Positions 36,031 through 50,061 of a DNA stretch of 64,000 bases are shown here, piece by piece. The stretch is from Vairimorpha necatrix (lineage: Eukaryota), in assembly GCA_036630325.1 (NCBI GenBank), contig CP142728.1:1364001-1428000 (forward strand), given 5' to 3'. The notes beneath the pieces were generated by a model. The model was not told the DNA's origin. It made no database searches and saw only the letters and a list, made by a program, of their open reading frames with translations. Each line of letters begins with the position of its first letter. Position 1 is the first letter of the stretch. The position numbers were made by a program, and so were the translations under genes.

Positions 36031-39000
36031 GAGGAAAATAATCACCCCAAAATAATTCATTACAAAAGAACTTAGCTATATCATGAAGTCTTGAAAGTAA
36101 TTATTAATGATATTTTAAACGACTAACTAATTATTAAGAAGAGATGTATTTGTATATGTATATATATTTAAGAAGAGATAATAATATTGACAAGACGAAA
36201 ATAATCTAATATTAAAATTCAGAATAAACAGTATTGTAAGTACCAAACTTAAAAAGTAGATTTAATATTCTTTGCGATTGAAAAATTATAATTGTATCTA
36301 TCGCTTGCAAACAAAGTAAAGTTAGTATATATACTAGAGAAACATAAAAAATTAGTTAAATCGTTTATTCAAAAAACACTTTATAATACATTGTTTTGGA
36401 AATATTTATATATATAACAGAACTTAGATGATCTAAGATATTTTTATTTCGAACAGATTCTATATCAATGCTACAGAATTGTTAAACCATTTGTGACGAG
36501 TCATTTGCATACTTAGACGTGCCCTTCCCTGAGTATTAGCCATTATTGACTGGCACATCGATAGACTAAAGAAATCATTGACTTTAGATGGCAAAATGAG
36601 CAGGTATATATCTGTAATGTTGACATATAAAGATTTATATAACAAATGTCTCTTGTGTTATAAATATCTCCATATAGCCATTGAAATTTTACATAAACAA
36701 GACACTTTTAGTAAAGACTAGGAAAGATATAACATTAAGGATCGAAAAGCTCAGAAAAAATGAACAAATTAAAAGAAAACAACAAGATTCCTTATTTAGG
36801 GCGTAAATCAAACTCGAAGTCTATATATAAAATAAAATAAAAATTATATAATACTAGAAATTCAAAATACCAACAAAATTTATAAAATTTTACTAAGATA
36901 CGTGTAGATATGATTAAGATGCCAAGTGTTTAATATAAATATACATAAATATACTAAGAAATTAAAAATAATATTAATAAGTTTGAGTTAATTGCAACAA
37001 TCAGATGTATATATGTATAAAAGAATGAAATACCCCAGAATCAATTACTTCATATATTTTATTCGTACAGACTTAACATAATGAACAAAAAAGTTTTTAA
37101 TGATATATAAAAAGAAATTATGTTGGTTTCTGAGTTATGATAATTTCGATTAATGAATAAAGAAAAAATATTTCATATGTAAAAAGAATAAACAAACTAT
37201 ATTAAAGAACCCAATCGATGGAAATTAAGTATTGTAAACAATCAAACTATTGTTCTTTTTGTCAAGACAGATGGCCAAAAATTTAAAAATAAAATAAAAG
37301 ACAAATTAAAAAATAAAATTCACGTATCTTATATATTCTAAAAATATAATGTCAGTGTAAATATACCATTAACAATATTCTATAGGACTGATAAAGTAAT
37401 TTTGACTTACAAAACCAAAAAATAGAAGAGAAATAATCAGTTATTTAAGATAGTAAAATGAACAAAAGTTAAGAAATAAAGGAAATATACAGTGAAAAAA
37501 ACGAGATTAAAATTATTTGTGATTTTGATTATAAGAAAAATTATTTTTTACAACATATATACAATAGAGTAATATAATTCAGCAATTTAATATTTGATAT
37601 GTTTAGATTTCATTACGTTAACATTTTATTGTAAAATTATATAATCTTAACAATGGAAAAATTTTATTTTGGGATACTATATTTTTTGAATATTCCAGAG
37701 ATAAAAGTATTTTTCATAAGATGAGGTGAATGGTCATTTAAATATAACCTTTCTAAAAAAACAATTGAATAGATTATTTTTGAATTACACCCCCTAATAG
37801 ATATACTTTCTGTTTGCAAATAATTAGACTATCTAAATCATTCATAATATACACAGATAAGAGGACGTTGTATATAATAGAAAAGAAAACAAATAAAAAG
37901 ATTACAGATCTAAAAATAGTTATAAAACTGTACACTAAATCAAATTTAATGTTCACATTAGATATTATACCATGGATTCAATAATTGCAGACATAAATTT
38001 TGACTGAACCTTTCTGGGATTGATTTGGTTGCAAATTAAATTTTTATAAAAAATGCACATATTTTATTTATGTTCTATAAAAAAAAATAAAAAGACATTA
38101 TATTCACTTTATAAGTTACTTTAAAAATAATTTGACAAAAAATAAAGTATGCATGAAACAAATTAACTCGTTTGTTCCTTATTTCTAATTTCCAAAACCA
38201 AAATTAGTACACAAAAATTTTTTGGCATAAAAACAAATCCCTAGATGAAAGATTATCGAAATGTCGTTTCTTACAAAAACAATTTTGATGTTATGTTCAA
38301 GCCATTTATAATATTAAGGGCGAAAATATATATATGCGAGAAATTAATATTTACAAGATTAAACAAACAATTTCTTTGAAAAAACAGTCCGATATTTATT
38401 TTAGATTAATCAATAGCTTATTTCCTCGTATAAAGGACAAGGATCAAATATATCATTATTAAAATAGCAATACTGTCATTGTTATTTGTTTTTTCCGTAA
38501 ATCCGAACCAAATCCTCTATCGTATAACAAAACATAAGGTTACACATTTGATAATCTTTATATATTTTTAGATTGGAATGGTACTGTTTCTTTAATAGAT
38601 ATCTTGTTTTAATAAATCTCAGTTGTAGATAAAATCTAGACAAGAAATAAATATGAAAATTACCTTATAAAACCTAGATGAAATACGCTTAATACGTACA
38701 ATTAATGTCGAATTAATATAATCAACTTGTTATAAGTTTAGATTATTATGTTAAGCTGCATGATTCAATGTATCTGTGTAAAATTAAAAATAAGATAAAT
38801 TCTTAGTTAAAGAATACACTATGTTAAATTTAATAATTCAAGTATTTATATTTTTTAATTATTATTTGAAAATGACAAGAAACGTATCCACAATAAAAAT
38901 ATAATACAAGGAATAAAATGATGCAAATCTAACACACTCGTAAAAATAAAACAACTTGCATTATAGACATAAAACTATCTATGTAGAAATTTTTAAGTTA

Positions 39001-40589
39001 ATAAATTGAAATTAAAACTTGCATCAGCAATATATATAGAGTGGATAAAAAAATATTAAGTTTTAAACAAAACAACAAACCGTTTTCTGATCAATTTTAT
39101 AATAAATAGTGTAATATAAGGAAAATTTACATATAGAGTATTAATAAACTGAAAACGAATGTTTCTTATATAAATTAGAGATGGGTTTTTTATAGAAAAT
39201 AATAAGTAATATTGTATAAAGTAGCTTTTAACATCTATTTTTAAATTTTTAATTTTTGTAGTAGACACTGAATATGTAGAACATTTTGAAAATACTTATG
39301 AGATATAAAATGAATATCCAGTCCTTTTTATTTAAGATATACGTCACTAGAAAAAAAACATTGTAACTAAGCCTTTTCTACAATGACTATTAAGATTTAC
39401 TTTTTTTGAAAATTTTTTTTGTTCCCCGCACGACGAAGTTTATTTTGGAAATCATTAAAAAATTTTATGTAACAATGATCTTCAAAAAATACAAAAATAG
39501 AACTTTACTATTAATGAACAACTTCACTTACAACTAGAAATAAAATTGATGTTTACATCGACCGTGTATTCAAAGAGAGGCCAGTTTTTTAAAAAAACAT
39601 TACTGATGCAGTGTTTTGAAATTTGTAAATGGTGAATTAACGACTAGAAGAATTTTATATAGGAGCATCTTCTTTTCTTTTATACGAGTCTATATTCCCA
39701 ATTTCCAAAATTCGAATAACTGGTGGTCAAAGAAGTTCGTAGAAAGCAGGATCAAATTTTAGTAATGTTAGAAGTCGCGTAAAAGAATCATGTAATGATA
39801 GATGACATTCGTGTAAGTTAATATTGTACATTGTTTAGCAATTTAGAAATTATTTAAATCTTAGTTTCTTTTCAGCAGTGAATCTTGACGATGTAATATA
39901 AAGATAGATAAAAACATATGTTCTGAAACAAAAAAATTGTACAAAATGTACTTTTTGTAGTTTTTATAAGAATTCAAATTGGTATTTATCAATAAACTAC
40001 CTACACTAAACGTATGAGGTTAAATTCATTGTTAACAAAATTCTATGTAGTGGTTCTCTGTTTTCTTACATGGAAAAAAATAAAAATTAGGAAGAGAGTA
40101 ATATTATGAGAAAAGTAGAGAATGTCTAGAAATATTATCATATGAAGGATAAATAACATTTACGAAAAATTTTTAACGATCGAAAAGCGAAATTATTATA
40201 TAAGAAATTTAGCATATAATAAAATTTGAAAGTTTGTGCATACGGTAATTGATGTTTATAGTATATTTTTCTCAAAAAAACACATTGTAATAGCATGATG
40301 ACAAAGCTTCTATATCGGATTTTATAGCCTTTATTATTTATCTTACAATTCTAGATAATATATCAGTAATAAATAGGTACCAATTTATCATATAAACTGT
40401 TTGATAGATTAAAGATGAATCAGTTGAACAAAATATTTCAAATGTAAAGTTAAAATAATTAGAACATTATATAAATGCCTAATTATAGACTGTCATTCTA
40501 TTATAATAAATAATTAAATGGGCTTAATAAATAAAAATATCATAAAAACGTATATATGATATAAAATTATATAAATAAATAAGAATGAT

Positions 40590-40595
<6 letters not shown>

Positions 40596-40639
<44 letters not shown>
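40596..40639. repeat. (TA)n microsatellite
   Basis: Uninterrupted TA run of about 22 units. Confidence 0.95.
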
Positions 40640-40642
<3 letters not shown>

Positions 40643-41098
40643 TAAAAATCTAGAGTTTAGTATAAATAAAATATATTTAGAAAAAACATGTTGGCCATGT
40701 AAAAGAAGGTGTGTAGTAATTTAATTGTCGACAATGAATTTTGCTTTTTTAGAGATAAAGATAATTAAAACAACGGATCAAAATACAATAAATACTAAAT
40801 GAAAGATAAATCATCAGATCAAGCCTTGACGAATTCAAATATTTTTTATCGATGCAAGGTTCATAATAATTTTGTCTATTATATTTAATAATACTAATCT
40901 TTTTGCTATATTTAATTTATATATTTTGGGATCTGAAATTATCTTCATTTAAGGAAAATATTTGAAAAAAAATATTTTTAATATATTATGATTAAACAAA
41001 AATGATATATAAAAAAGTAAATAAGATAGTTTATAGATTATAATAAAGATGATAAATATACATTTGAATAAAAATAAAATATAATATTAATATTGTTG

Positions 41099-41413
41099 TG
41101 TTATATAAAATAAAAAATAGGTTAAACTATTAAATACTCTAAGAAAGTAGAAGCGTACATCAAGATGATTAACAGAGAAGGCAAACATAATCATTCCAAC
41201 AGACTACCGAAGAGATGTACATGTTCCGATTTGAAAAGGACTACGAGACGAGAAGCTGCCCACAAAACAGAAGATGCTAACGCGGAACCTATTCAGAATA
41301 TACTAGAAATATAAAACACTTTTAGCATATCCCGTTATAATTCATTTTTATTAGAAAAATAATAGTAATTATGTTGTATATATTTGTAAAATTTGTTTAT
41401 ATATATTATAACA
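41099..41413 (+). repeat. Dispersed LTR-like repeat family X, copy 1
   Basis: TGTTATA...TATAACA ends. The core GTAGAAGCGTACATC..GATGAT...GCTAACGCGGAACCTA...AAATATAA...AGCATA is shared with the copies at 54440 and 60778. Confidence 0.65.
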
Positions 41414-41474
41414 ATGGTATTTATTATGTTATTTTCTGAAATAAACTATATTTTTTCCATATTAAATATGAATT

Positions 41475-43427
41475 TGTGGTATTATTTACCACATTATTAT
41501 ATTTTCCCTCCAAATGAATTTTCTAGAATTTATTTTTACCCTTACCAAAATATGTCAAGAAGAACAGAGGAGTCTAGAAATCAGCAGTATCAATCACTGC
41601 ATCCCCAGAAGAGGAAGATAAAGCCCAAGGAGTCAGATTTAATTTTACAACTTTAATTGAAAGAAAACTTTAATACCCGGGAGAAGCATTATCGAATGCT
41701 ATCTGAGGAGCAGCCAACTCCCGGGTAATACCTCAATGAGCTCATTAGTATTAGAAAAAAGTAATAATACTGAGAAACAAAATGATGATGAAGCATATAT
41801 CACAGTTGATAAAACCATAGAAGTAACTACAATAGTGGTTAAAGATAAAATTGAAAAATGTAAAACGAGACTGCACCATAAAGCATCTCGAGTTGTTTGA
41901 AGAGTTAGGAACGGCCAATAAATGGACTGATGAGCAGATGGGACTCATCTAACATTCTTTGATTGAAGATTTTAAGGTGAAAGATAAGCTAAATAAGAAA
42001 AGCTTCAAAAAACAAAAAAAAATAACTACTAGAATTTAGATATCCAAAAAATGATGTAGCTTTATTATTAACAGAGATAAAAACTGTAAAACAGGTAAAT
42101 TATAGAAGTATAGCAGATTACTATGAGAAAATAAAATTGATGATTAGAATATACGGACTATCTATGAACCTATCGAAAAAGGAATCTGATTTTAGCTTGA
42201 AACAGATTTTTGAGAGAGGATTAGGCAGATCAACTGCCATTGAAGTTTTAAAATCAGGAATGAAAAACAAGGGATGGACGAGCTTATAAAATATTCACAA
42301 GATCTGGAAGAAATGATTATTTTAAAGGCGAAACTGGAAGGGACACGAATATCTCAATTTATATCTAAGAAAGAGAATTATGAAAGACCTGAAGAAACAG
42401 GAAGATACTTTATAAGTGATAAGTGGTGCTCTATACATAGAGCAAGATCACATGATACACGAGATTGTCGCTACGAAAACCAAAAGCCAACGATAGAGAA
42501 ATAAAAAAAGAAGGAAAATCGTTAATGATAAAAAAAATTCCTAACTATGAATTGGATGAAAAACATAAAAAAACTGACTGCCTATTAATTCAGAAACAAA
42601 AAGAAAAAAAATCATCAATAAACAGAAATGTATAAATGAAAGAATAAATAATATAGATAATTGTATTAAAAGGAATTTGAATAAAAAATAGCAATCTATC
42701 AGCTAAAGTCTTAACTAATATAGTTGACTTTGTGAAAAGGACAGGGAATACGATACCATCAGATGATATATATTCTAGAAATATTAAAATAAATAACAAA
42801 GAAAGAAGCAAGCCTCCTGATAAAATTAAAGATAACCATCAACAGGTAAAAGATTTAGCAACATCTAAATATGATAGTTATTAGAATAAAAATAAATTAA
42901 ATCTTGGAACTTTCATAAATCATTGCCTCAAAAATTTAATGCAGCAGATGCCATTTAGCATATGTAGATATGAAGTAAACGGTGAATCTGAGAAGCTCAA
43001 ATATGATAAGTTGAACTCATACCCTGATTTGAGGTTTAAAATATCCAACCCAGCTATTACTAGGAAATGGCGGAAAGAACTATTTGATGATTTCGAAGGA
43101 ATCCGTATTCTAATTTGCTGACCCTTTAGAGGGGATTGTATGTGGTATTATTTACCACATTATTATATTTCCTCCAAATGAATTTTCTAGAATTTATTTT
43201 TCTATAAATATTTTTTTTTTATTTTAATCCCCCTTCCAAAATATGTCAAGAAGAACAGAGGAGTCTTGAATTCTCCAGTATCAATCAATGCAACCCCTGT
43301 AGAGGGAAGATAAAGCCCAAGGAGGCAGATTTAATAATACAACTTTAATTATAATAAAAATCTTATACCCGGGAGAAGCATTATAGAATGCTATTTGAGG
43401 AACGGCCAACTCCCAAGTAATACCTCA
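41475..43427 (+). mobile_element. Non-autonomous gag-only LTR retrotransposon
   Basis: LTRs at 41475-41735 and 43141-43427 (TGTGGTATTA...TAATACCTCA). 5-bp TSD GAATT at 41470-41474 and 43428-43432. PPT-like AGAGGGGA shortly before the 3' LTR. The 1.4-kb interior has a decayed gag with WCSIHRARSHDTRDC and no RT motif. Confidence 0.92.
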
Positions 43428-46400
43428 GAATTAAACATAAAAACAAGAAATAAATATATGACAAATTAATAATTTTTTTTTTATGGTGTATATACACATC
43501 TTATGATCTAACATGTAGCCTGATCCGAAGTAGAAGAGAGTGAGTCTAAACTTACATATTGATTTATATTATTTGTTTGTTTTGCTGCTCATCGGAATTG
43601 TAGGTCAGGGATAAATTCCGTTTAAATAGTTAATAAAATTAACTATCAAACTCTTTGAGATATAAACAAATAAACAAGAAACCGAAGTTCTACTAAATAC
43701 GTAGTACTTCATGTGACGTGCACTTGTCTTACTTTTAGTTTGTGAATGTCAAACATGTCTAATGTTTATTTACAATACTCTTAGACGTTTGACAGTACCA
43801 ATAATCATTGTATAATTATAAACAAGATTCGTCAGTGCAGGTCTGCAGCCTCACACATCTGAAGAAAATATTAATATTGTTATTTTGAAAATTATTTCTT
43901 GCACAATTTAGTACATTTTTTAGAGGTTGCCAACGTATGTATCTGTATAATTAATATTTTAAGAAATTTAGATTTATTTGTCTTTTCATATGAGTACGTA
44001 AGTATATAATTTGCTGTATATAAAATAATTATGAAACGCATTATGTGCAGAATCGACATAAAAATAAAAAATTGATGTAAAGTTAAACATATTAATTCGG
44101 CTTTGGACAAATACGTTAATTAAACGATAATTTATTTCTTTTTTCAAGATAAAAACATATTTTTCAAACAAGTAAATTAGATTCTTTCAAAAAGAAATTA
44201 AAACACAATCATTGAGTGATTTAATTACAAGAAATGTCTGAACTATATTTATCAATCATTTAAGACACATAATTTAGTCTAACAATCTATTTTTTTATTA
44301 AATTAGGATGTATTTATATACAAGAAATAAGATACTAAATCATACTAAAATAATTTAAATATATGCATTAAAGTATTTAAATAAATGTTAAAAAACCAAA
44401 TTTGATAAACTAAAGTCAAAGGTTTCTTGGAAACGTGTATTAACGATTGCATCATAAGGACATTGACGAAGTTTATTATTAAATATTCACCAACAACGTT
44501 CCAACACACCAATAATACAACAAAAAATGAAAAATTTACAATATGTGTTTATCCATGCAAAATAATTAACCTTTAACTTACGTGGCTAAAAAATTATTAC
44601 AATAAAAATAAAATTTAAAAAAAAAGTTTGTATATGAAGGGCAAGGAATATCTATGAAGCAAGTACATAATCTTAAAGTTATTAATAGCGAAATATTTTT
44701 TGCCTTCTAACATAAAAGTAGCAAGTTTTATCTGTGAAGAACAGAGAAAAAAAGGAAAAATAAGAAGGAGTATATTGGTTATAAGAAAAAATATTTTTAA
44801 AACGAACTCTACAATTTATCTAAATTTACAACGTAGGTAATAACAAGATAATTGTAATTTGATCTTTCGCTTTTTCATTTGGTATAAATACGAAAGCAAA
44901 CAAATAAAATTTCTTTTACGATCAATATAGCACTGTTTTAGAAGTGATACAAATAATATTCATTTATTATAACTAGATAGTAAAGGTATTATAAAGAAAA
45001 GATATACATATGATTCATACATATTGCTTTGCAAGATAAATACATAAGAATTCAAAATAAAGATATACGATCAAGATATTATATGAAATATAATTTTCTT
45101 TTATATAAAAATCTACGCCAAGATAAACAAAAATAAATCCCAATGTTGCATATAGTATAATTTAAATACAATTAACACAAGCAATGAAGTTTTTTTTAAT
45201 TATCTAGAACATATCAGACGATTTTAAAAATGAAAATTATACTAAAAAATCAACTATATTATATTTATATATGACCAATATGTACACGTTATTAAGTATA
45301 ATAATTACTAATGGTAAAAAAACGAAAACAAATATTATATAAAAATTTTAAACGAATTAAGATTGACCTCGTATATTACATTTTTTTGGTTTATAGAATT
45401 CTAAAGAAGTTTCAATTATAAAACATTGTAGACTTTTGAAATCGAAGTTGGTAAAAAACAATTGTCACAAATATTAATTTGTTGTTTACAATCATATTGA
45501 CCACACAAAATTAGAAATTATGACCAAAAAATTCTAAAAAGTAAAATCATTAATACTTTTATCATATTTATAAAAATATATTATTTTATTATTAATTGAA
45601 ATAAAAAAATAAAACAATTCAAATATCTATCGGTTAAATATTTGATAATCGCTCTTTTGTTATATATATACTTTCTAAATCCGTTAAGTATAATATTTTT
45701 ATATAATAATTTGATCAAAATTTAAGTATGAAAATCGAAATATTAAAAAGAGGTCATTTACGAAAGAAAAAAAAATCCAAATTCAATCAACAATATCGTA
45801 AAATTATATATTCATTTAGAAATCATTTATTTAATCTATAATTAGAAGAATTGAAGAAAATTATATTAAATTAACAATATAAAATAAGACCTATTCATTG
45901 TAAAATCGTTCAGTGAAGGTAAAAAGAATTTTACTTAGAAACGACATTTATGTTATTGATTTTAAAAATCCTAGGGAAAACCTACTTGAAAACATTTTCC
46001 ATATTTTTATATAATAAGAAATAATAAGTAAATTTTCAATTATGAATAATTAAATAAAACAATCGCACATACAATTTAATACAAGGTTGTTGTGAATAAA
46101 ACGTTTTCGAGATTTTGAAAAAGGCGTCGCATTATTAAAAAAAATAAAACCAAAAATACGGAGCGAATAGAAATGCATATAAATCCAATACAGTTAATAA
46201 CAACAATAGAATTAAATATGAAATGCTATATTTATTGTAAAATCTTGTATAGAATAGTTACAAGCAAACAAAATATAAATTTCAAAATAAATATATTTAA
46301 GCAGAAAATAATTTTAATTTATATTAAGAGTAATAACATAAAATAAAATGTTTATCACTAGCTAATTTAAATTTAAAAACTTACTTATGACATGTTAATA

Positions 46401-47829
46401 CAAGATAAATATTTTTCAATAATAATACTATATAATATTTCACCTGGACGTTTTTAAGATTATTTACAAAAAAAAATAAAATAAAAGTCTAAAAGTTAGA
46501 ATTGGATATATTAAATATTAACAATATGGTAATACTTCGAAACAAAAATTGAATCTTTGAAAAAACACCTAAATAATATTTATATATCGTTAGTCTCAAA
46601 ATTTTAAAAGTATTCAAAAGAAATTAAATTTTAGAATATATAATAACTCATTTACACATATTTAAATAAAAAAATAAAAAACTTTTATATTTAGCAAAAA
46701 AACGAAATATTATAAGTTAAAAGACTAAACTTAAAAATTACTCTTATAAAGTAAAAAATTTCGTTCTTTGTCTTATAATTATCAGATATTTAAAATTTAA
46801 TAATAAAAAATTTGAATATAACCGTTATAGTCAATATTTTTAATGTTAAATTAAATTTAATTTTGATATTATATATTGTCTATAATTCAATAAAAGCGTT
46901 AGATTAAATCTAAGCATGATAAGGTCAAGAATATTTTTGACTTAATATAAATTTTATAATACACAAAGATTTATCAACATGTAAAATAAACATATTGCCA
47001 ATAAAAATCTTTGAAAAAACTAATATATTTCAAAATGCAATTTCAATAAAGATAATTGAGGTTAATATTACAAAAATAATTTTTAAAAGAAAATATATTT
47101 AAAGTAGTAGGATAACATTTTAAAAAAAAAACGTATTGGACTAAAACTCGTTTTGAAAATATATATGTTTTCTAGAATAGTTAATAAAAACATTCAAACT
47201 AAACGTTCGAATAATTTTAGATAAGTAAAAAGAAGAAAATTTATATACAATTAAATTTTCACGACTATTTAATCAGAAGTCTCAACCACTAAAACGAAAA
47301 TAATATTTTTTGATCATTAAATTATATTTTATATTTTCAAATTTCTCTCTTAATAATACACATACGACTGATTGAAAAAAGTAATAGTTTTAGAACATAT
47401 AACGAATTTTTTTTAAAAAATAATATATCAATCACAAATTTAAAATGCAATATATTACACCTACATATTAAACATGATGACATATACAACCTACACGAGA
47501 AACATATGATTTAATAACGAAAAATTTAACAAAATATTAAAAATAATCTATTAAAGATTTTCATATATTTGTATTTCAAAAGAAACCATATCATGGAGGG
47601 TTTTAGAAAATTGTAAATTAAAGTTACTAAATTACAATCAATATTTCATAAAGTTTTATAAATGATTTAAATCGTTCTTATACAAAAAAATTAATACTAT
47701 TTATCGCAAGGAAACATTGGAAAGTCCATCATATCTAAAAACTCATTTTTTTATGCTTAACTTAAGTTTTTAAAATTATTATAAAAATGTAGCATATATA
47801 AACCAAATAATATCATGAAAATTCATAAT

Positions 47830-48071
47830 TGTGGTATTATAAATACCACAAAATATTTATTTTTATTTTATCAATTTTCACTTTTTGGAAAATAGACCAT
47901 TCGACCGGTCTATTCCAAAAATCTAATATTTATTTCTTTTTTGCCCTGACCCCCACCGGATCATGAAACAAACTAACGATCATTACCCTTGGGAACATAG
48001 ACCAAGGAAGGGCTACCAAGCCCGGGATCAGTATCCCGTAACAGATGCCCAACGAGGCTTATTTAATAACA
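47830..48071 (+). mobile_element. Solo LTR sharing its terminus with the 41475 LTRs
   Basis: TGTGGTATTA...TAATAACA ends. Flanks ATAAT/ATAAA match at 4 of 5 positions. Locally GC-richer, with several hairpins. Confidence 0.7.
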
Positions 48072-50061
48072 ATAAAATCAATAATTACATCGAACTATAT
48101 TTATCCAGAGGTAGCTCCTCTGGACTACGTCAATAATGAAAATTTAAAGTCTCAAAGAAACATAAGACATACGACAAAAATAAAATATAAACATCTATAT
48201 AGGAACACAACAACGAACATTCCATTCTGTTATTCTATATTAAAACAGTATTTTGAAATTATTGGTTATAATCTGTAAAAATATTATAAAATAAACTACA
48301 AAAAATTATTCAAATGAAAATAATTATAAATAATTAAGAAATAAATCTAATAATGGTCAGAAAACAATATAAATACATTTCGAATAATAAGATAATCAAT
48401 ATTTATACAAATTGTAAATTTATACACAAAACTAAGCTGGAAATGAATTTCGTATTTCTTAATATGAATTTTTCTAGTAAATATCATATATTCCACGTAT
48501 TTATTATTTATACTAAAATTATGATAAAAATAAAATCAAAATAAAACAGAATTAGTATTTTTACGAAAAAAAACTACACTAACCGAAGAATTTAAAAATA
48601 TAAATTAATAAGAGCTAATAAGGGTTAATAAAAAGTATAAACAAAACCCAATGCAACTAATTATTAGATAAAAATATATATCTGAGGATAATATAATGTA
48701 AGAGCGTATAAATTAAAAAAACAAATCTTATCTTTAATAATGACAGAAAATAGTTTAATGCATAAACCCAATTACATATTAAACATAGATGCGGTTGACG
48801 ATTAATATTAATTATTAAATAATATTTAATTTAAATATTAATTGATAAAAAAAATATAATAATAAATTGGTAAATTAAATTATAAAATTTTAACAAAAAA
48901 ATTTTTATGAATTTTTTTTGGAATAAACATTTTGATTTTCGTAGAATGAAATCAATCTAATGATTTAATTAAAAATTGGAATTTTTCAATAATCCATGAA
49001 AGTGTTACATCATAAAAAATACATTTTAATATACACATTATGTAAAACATTTTCATAGATAATGATAGGTTACTTTTAAACCATCCGCAATTTTTTACGC
49101 AATAATTTTGAATATACAACATATCGGAATCGCAAAAAATTTATCAATATTAACTGGTTATCAAATATATAAAACTGGTTCTCCTCATAATTGAAATTAT
49201 ATGAAGATCAATCAAGAAGTAAATCTAACGGTTATAACAGAAAATATAAAAACATATCTAGGAGATTATGATCACATAATCAAATATATTTCTTATAGAA
49301 TGTATTTTTTAATTATCCAATATTTTCACTCCCTCTTATTTTTAAAATATTATATTTTCTACCATAAAAAATTGAAGTCCAAAGAGAACATAAAAAATAG
49401 ACACCATATCATTTGTAATAATAAAAGAAATCCTGGACAGTTCGGCAAATACATAGATACATAGAATTGTACATTAGAAGAAGACGCATCCCTATGCAGC
49501 AGCCAAGTAAATATAAATATTCGATAAAAATTTAAAAAAACAATTTTTTTTCTAAAATTTCTTATGTTATAAAAATAAATTAAATCATATTAATTTATAC
49601 ATAAATCTTAATTACTTTTATTGATCTATTTTTATATCACGTAATTTTATAGTGAAATATTCAACTGTAATTAGTTATTCGTATTGTATTTTTAAACAAA
49701 CACTGGAATCTAGTCCTTAATGTTTCCAAATTATCACGTCATTTTACTTTCTTGGAAAAATGATTCAATTTTATTATTCAAAGTATTTATCATAAGCTTT
49801 CCTAAAGATTATGAGCTCCTATGTCTGTATATATGCGTTAGTAAGCTTTCGAGATTTAAGTTATTTGTATAATATCCCTAAAATATTTTTTTTCTATTAT
49901 AATACGAATATTTCCAGTAAGAAATATGTCAAAACACAAGAATGACATTTTTTACAATAATATATTACAAAATAAAGACATGATTCAATACTTTTACAAT
50001 ATATTTTTACATAAATTTATTCGCAGAATTACACCAAAAATACTTTGTGTTTTAATTATAA

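Noticed and set aside
43900-47800. Long, extremely AT-rich stretch with small ORFs
   Set aside because: The ORFs are low-complexity I/K/F/Y/N readings expected by chance. No structure could be supported.
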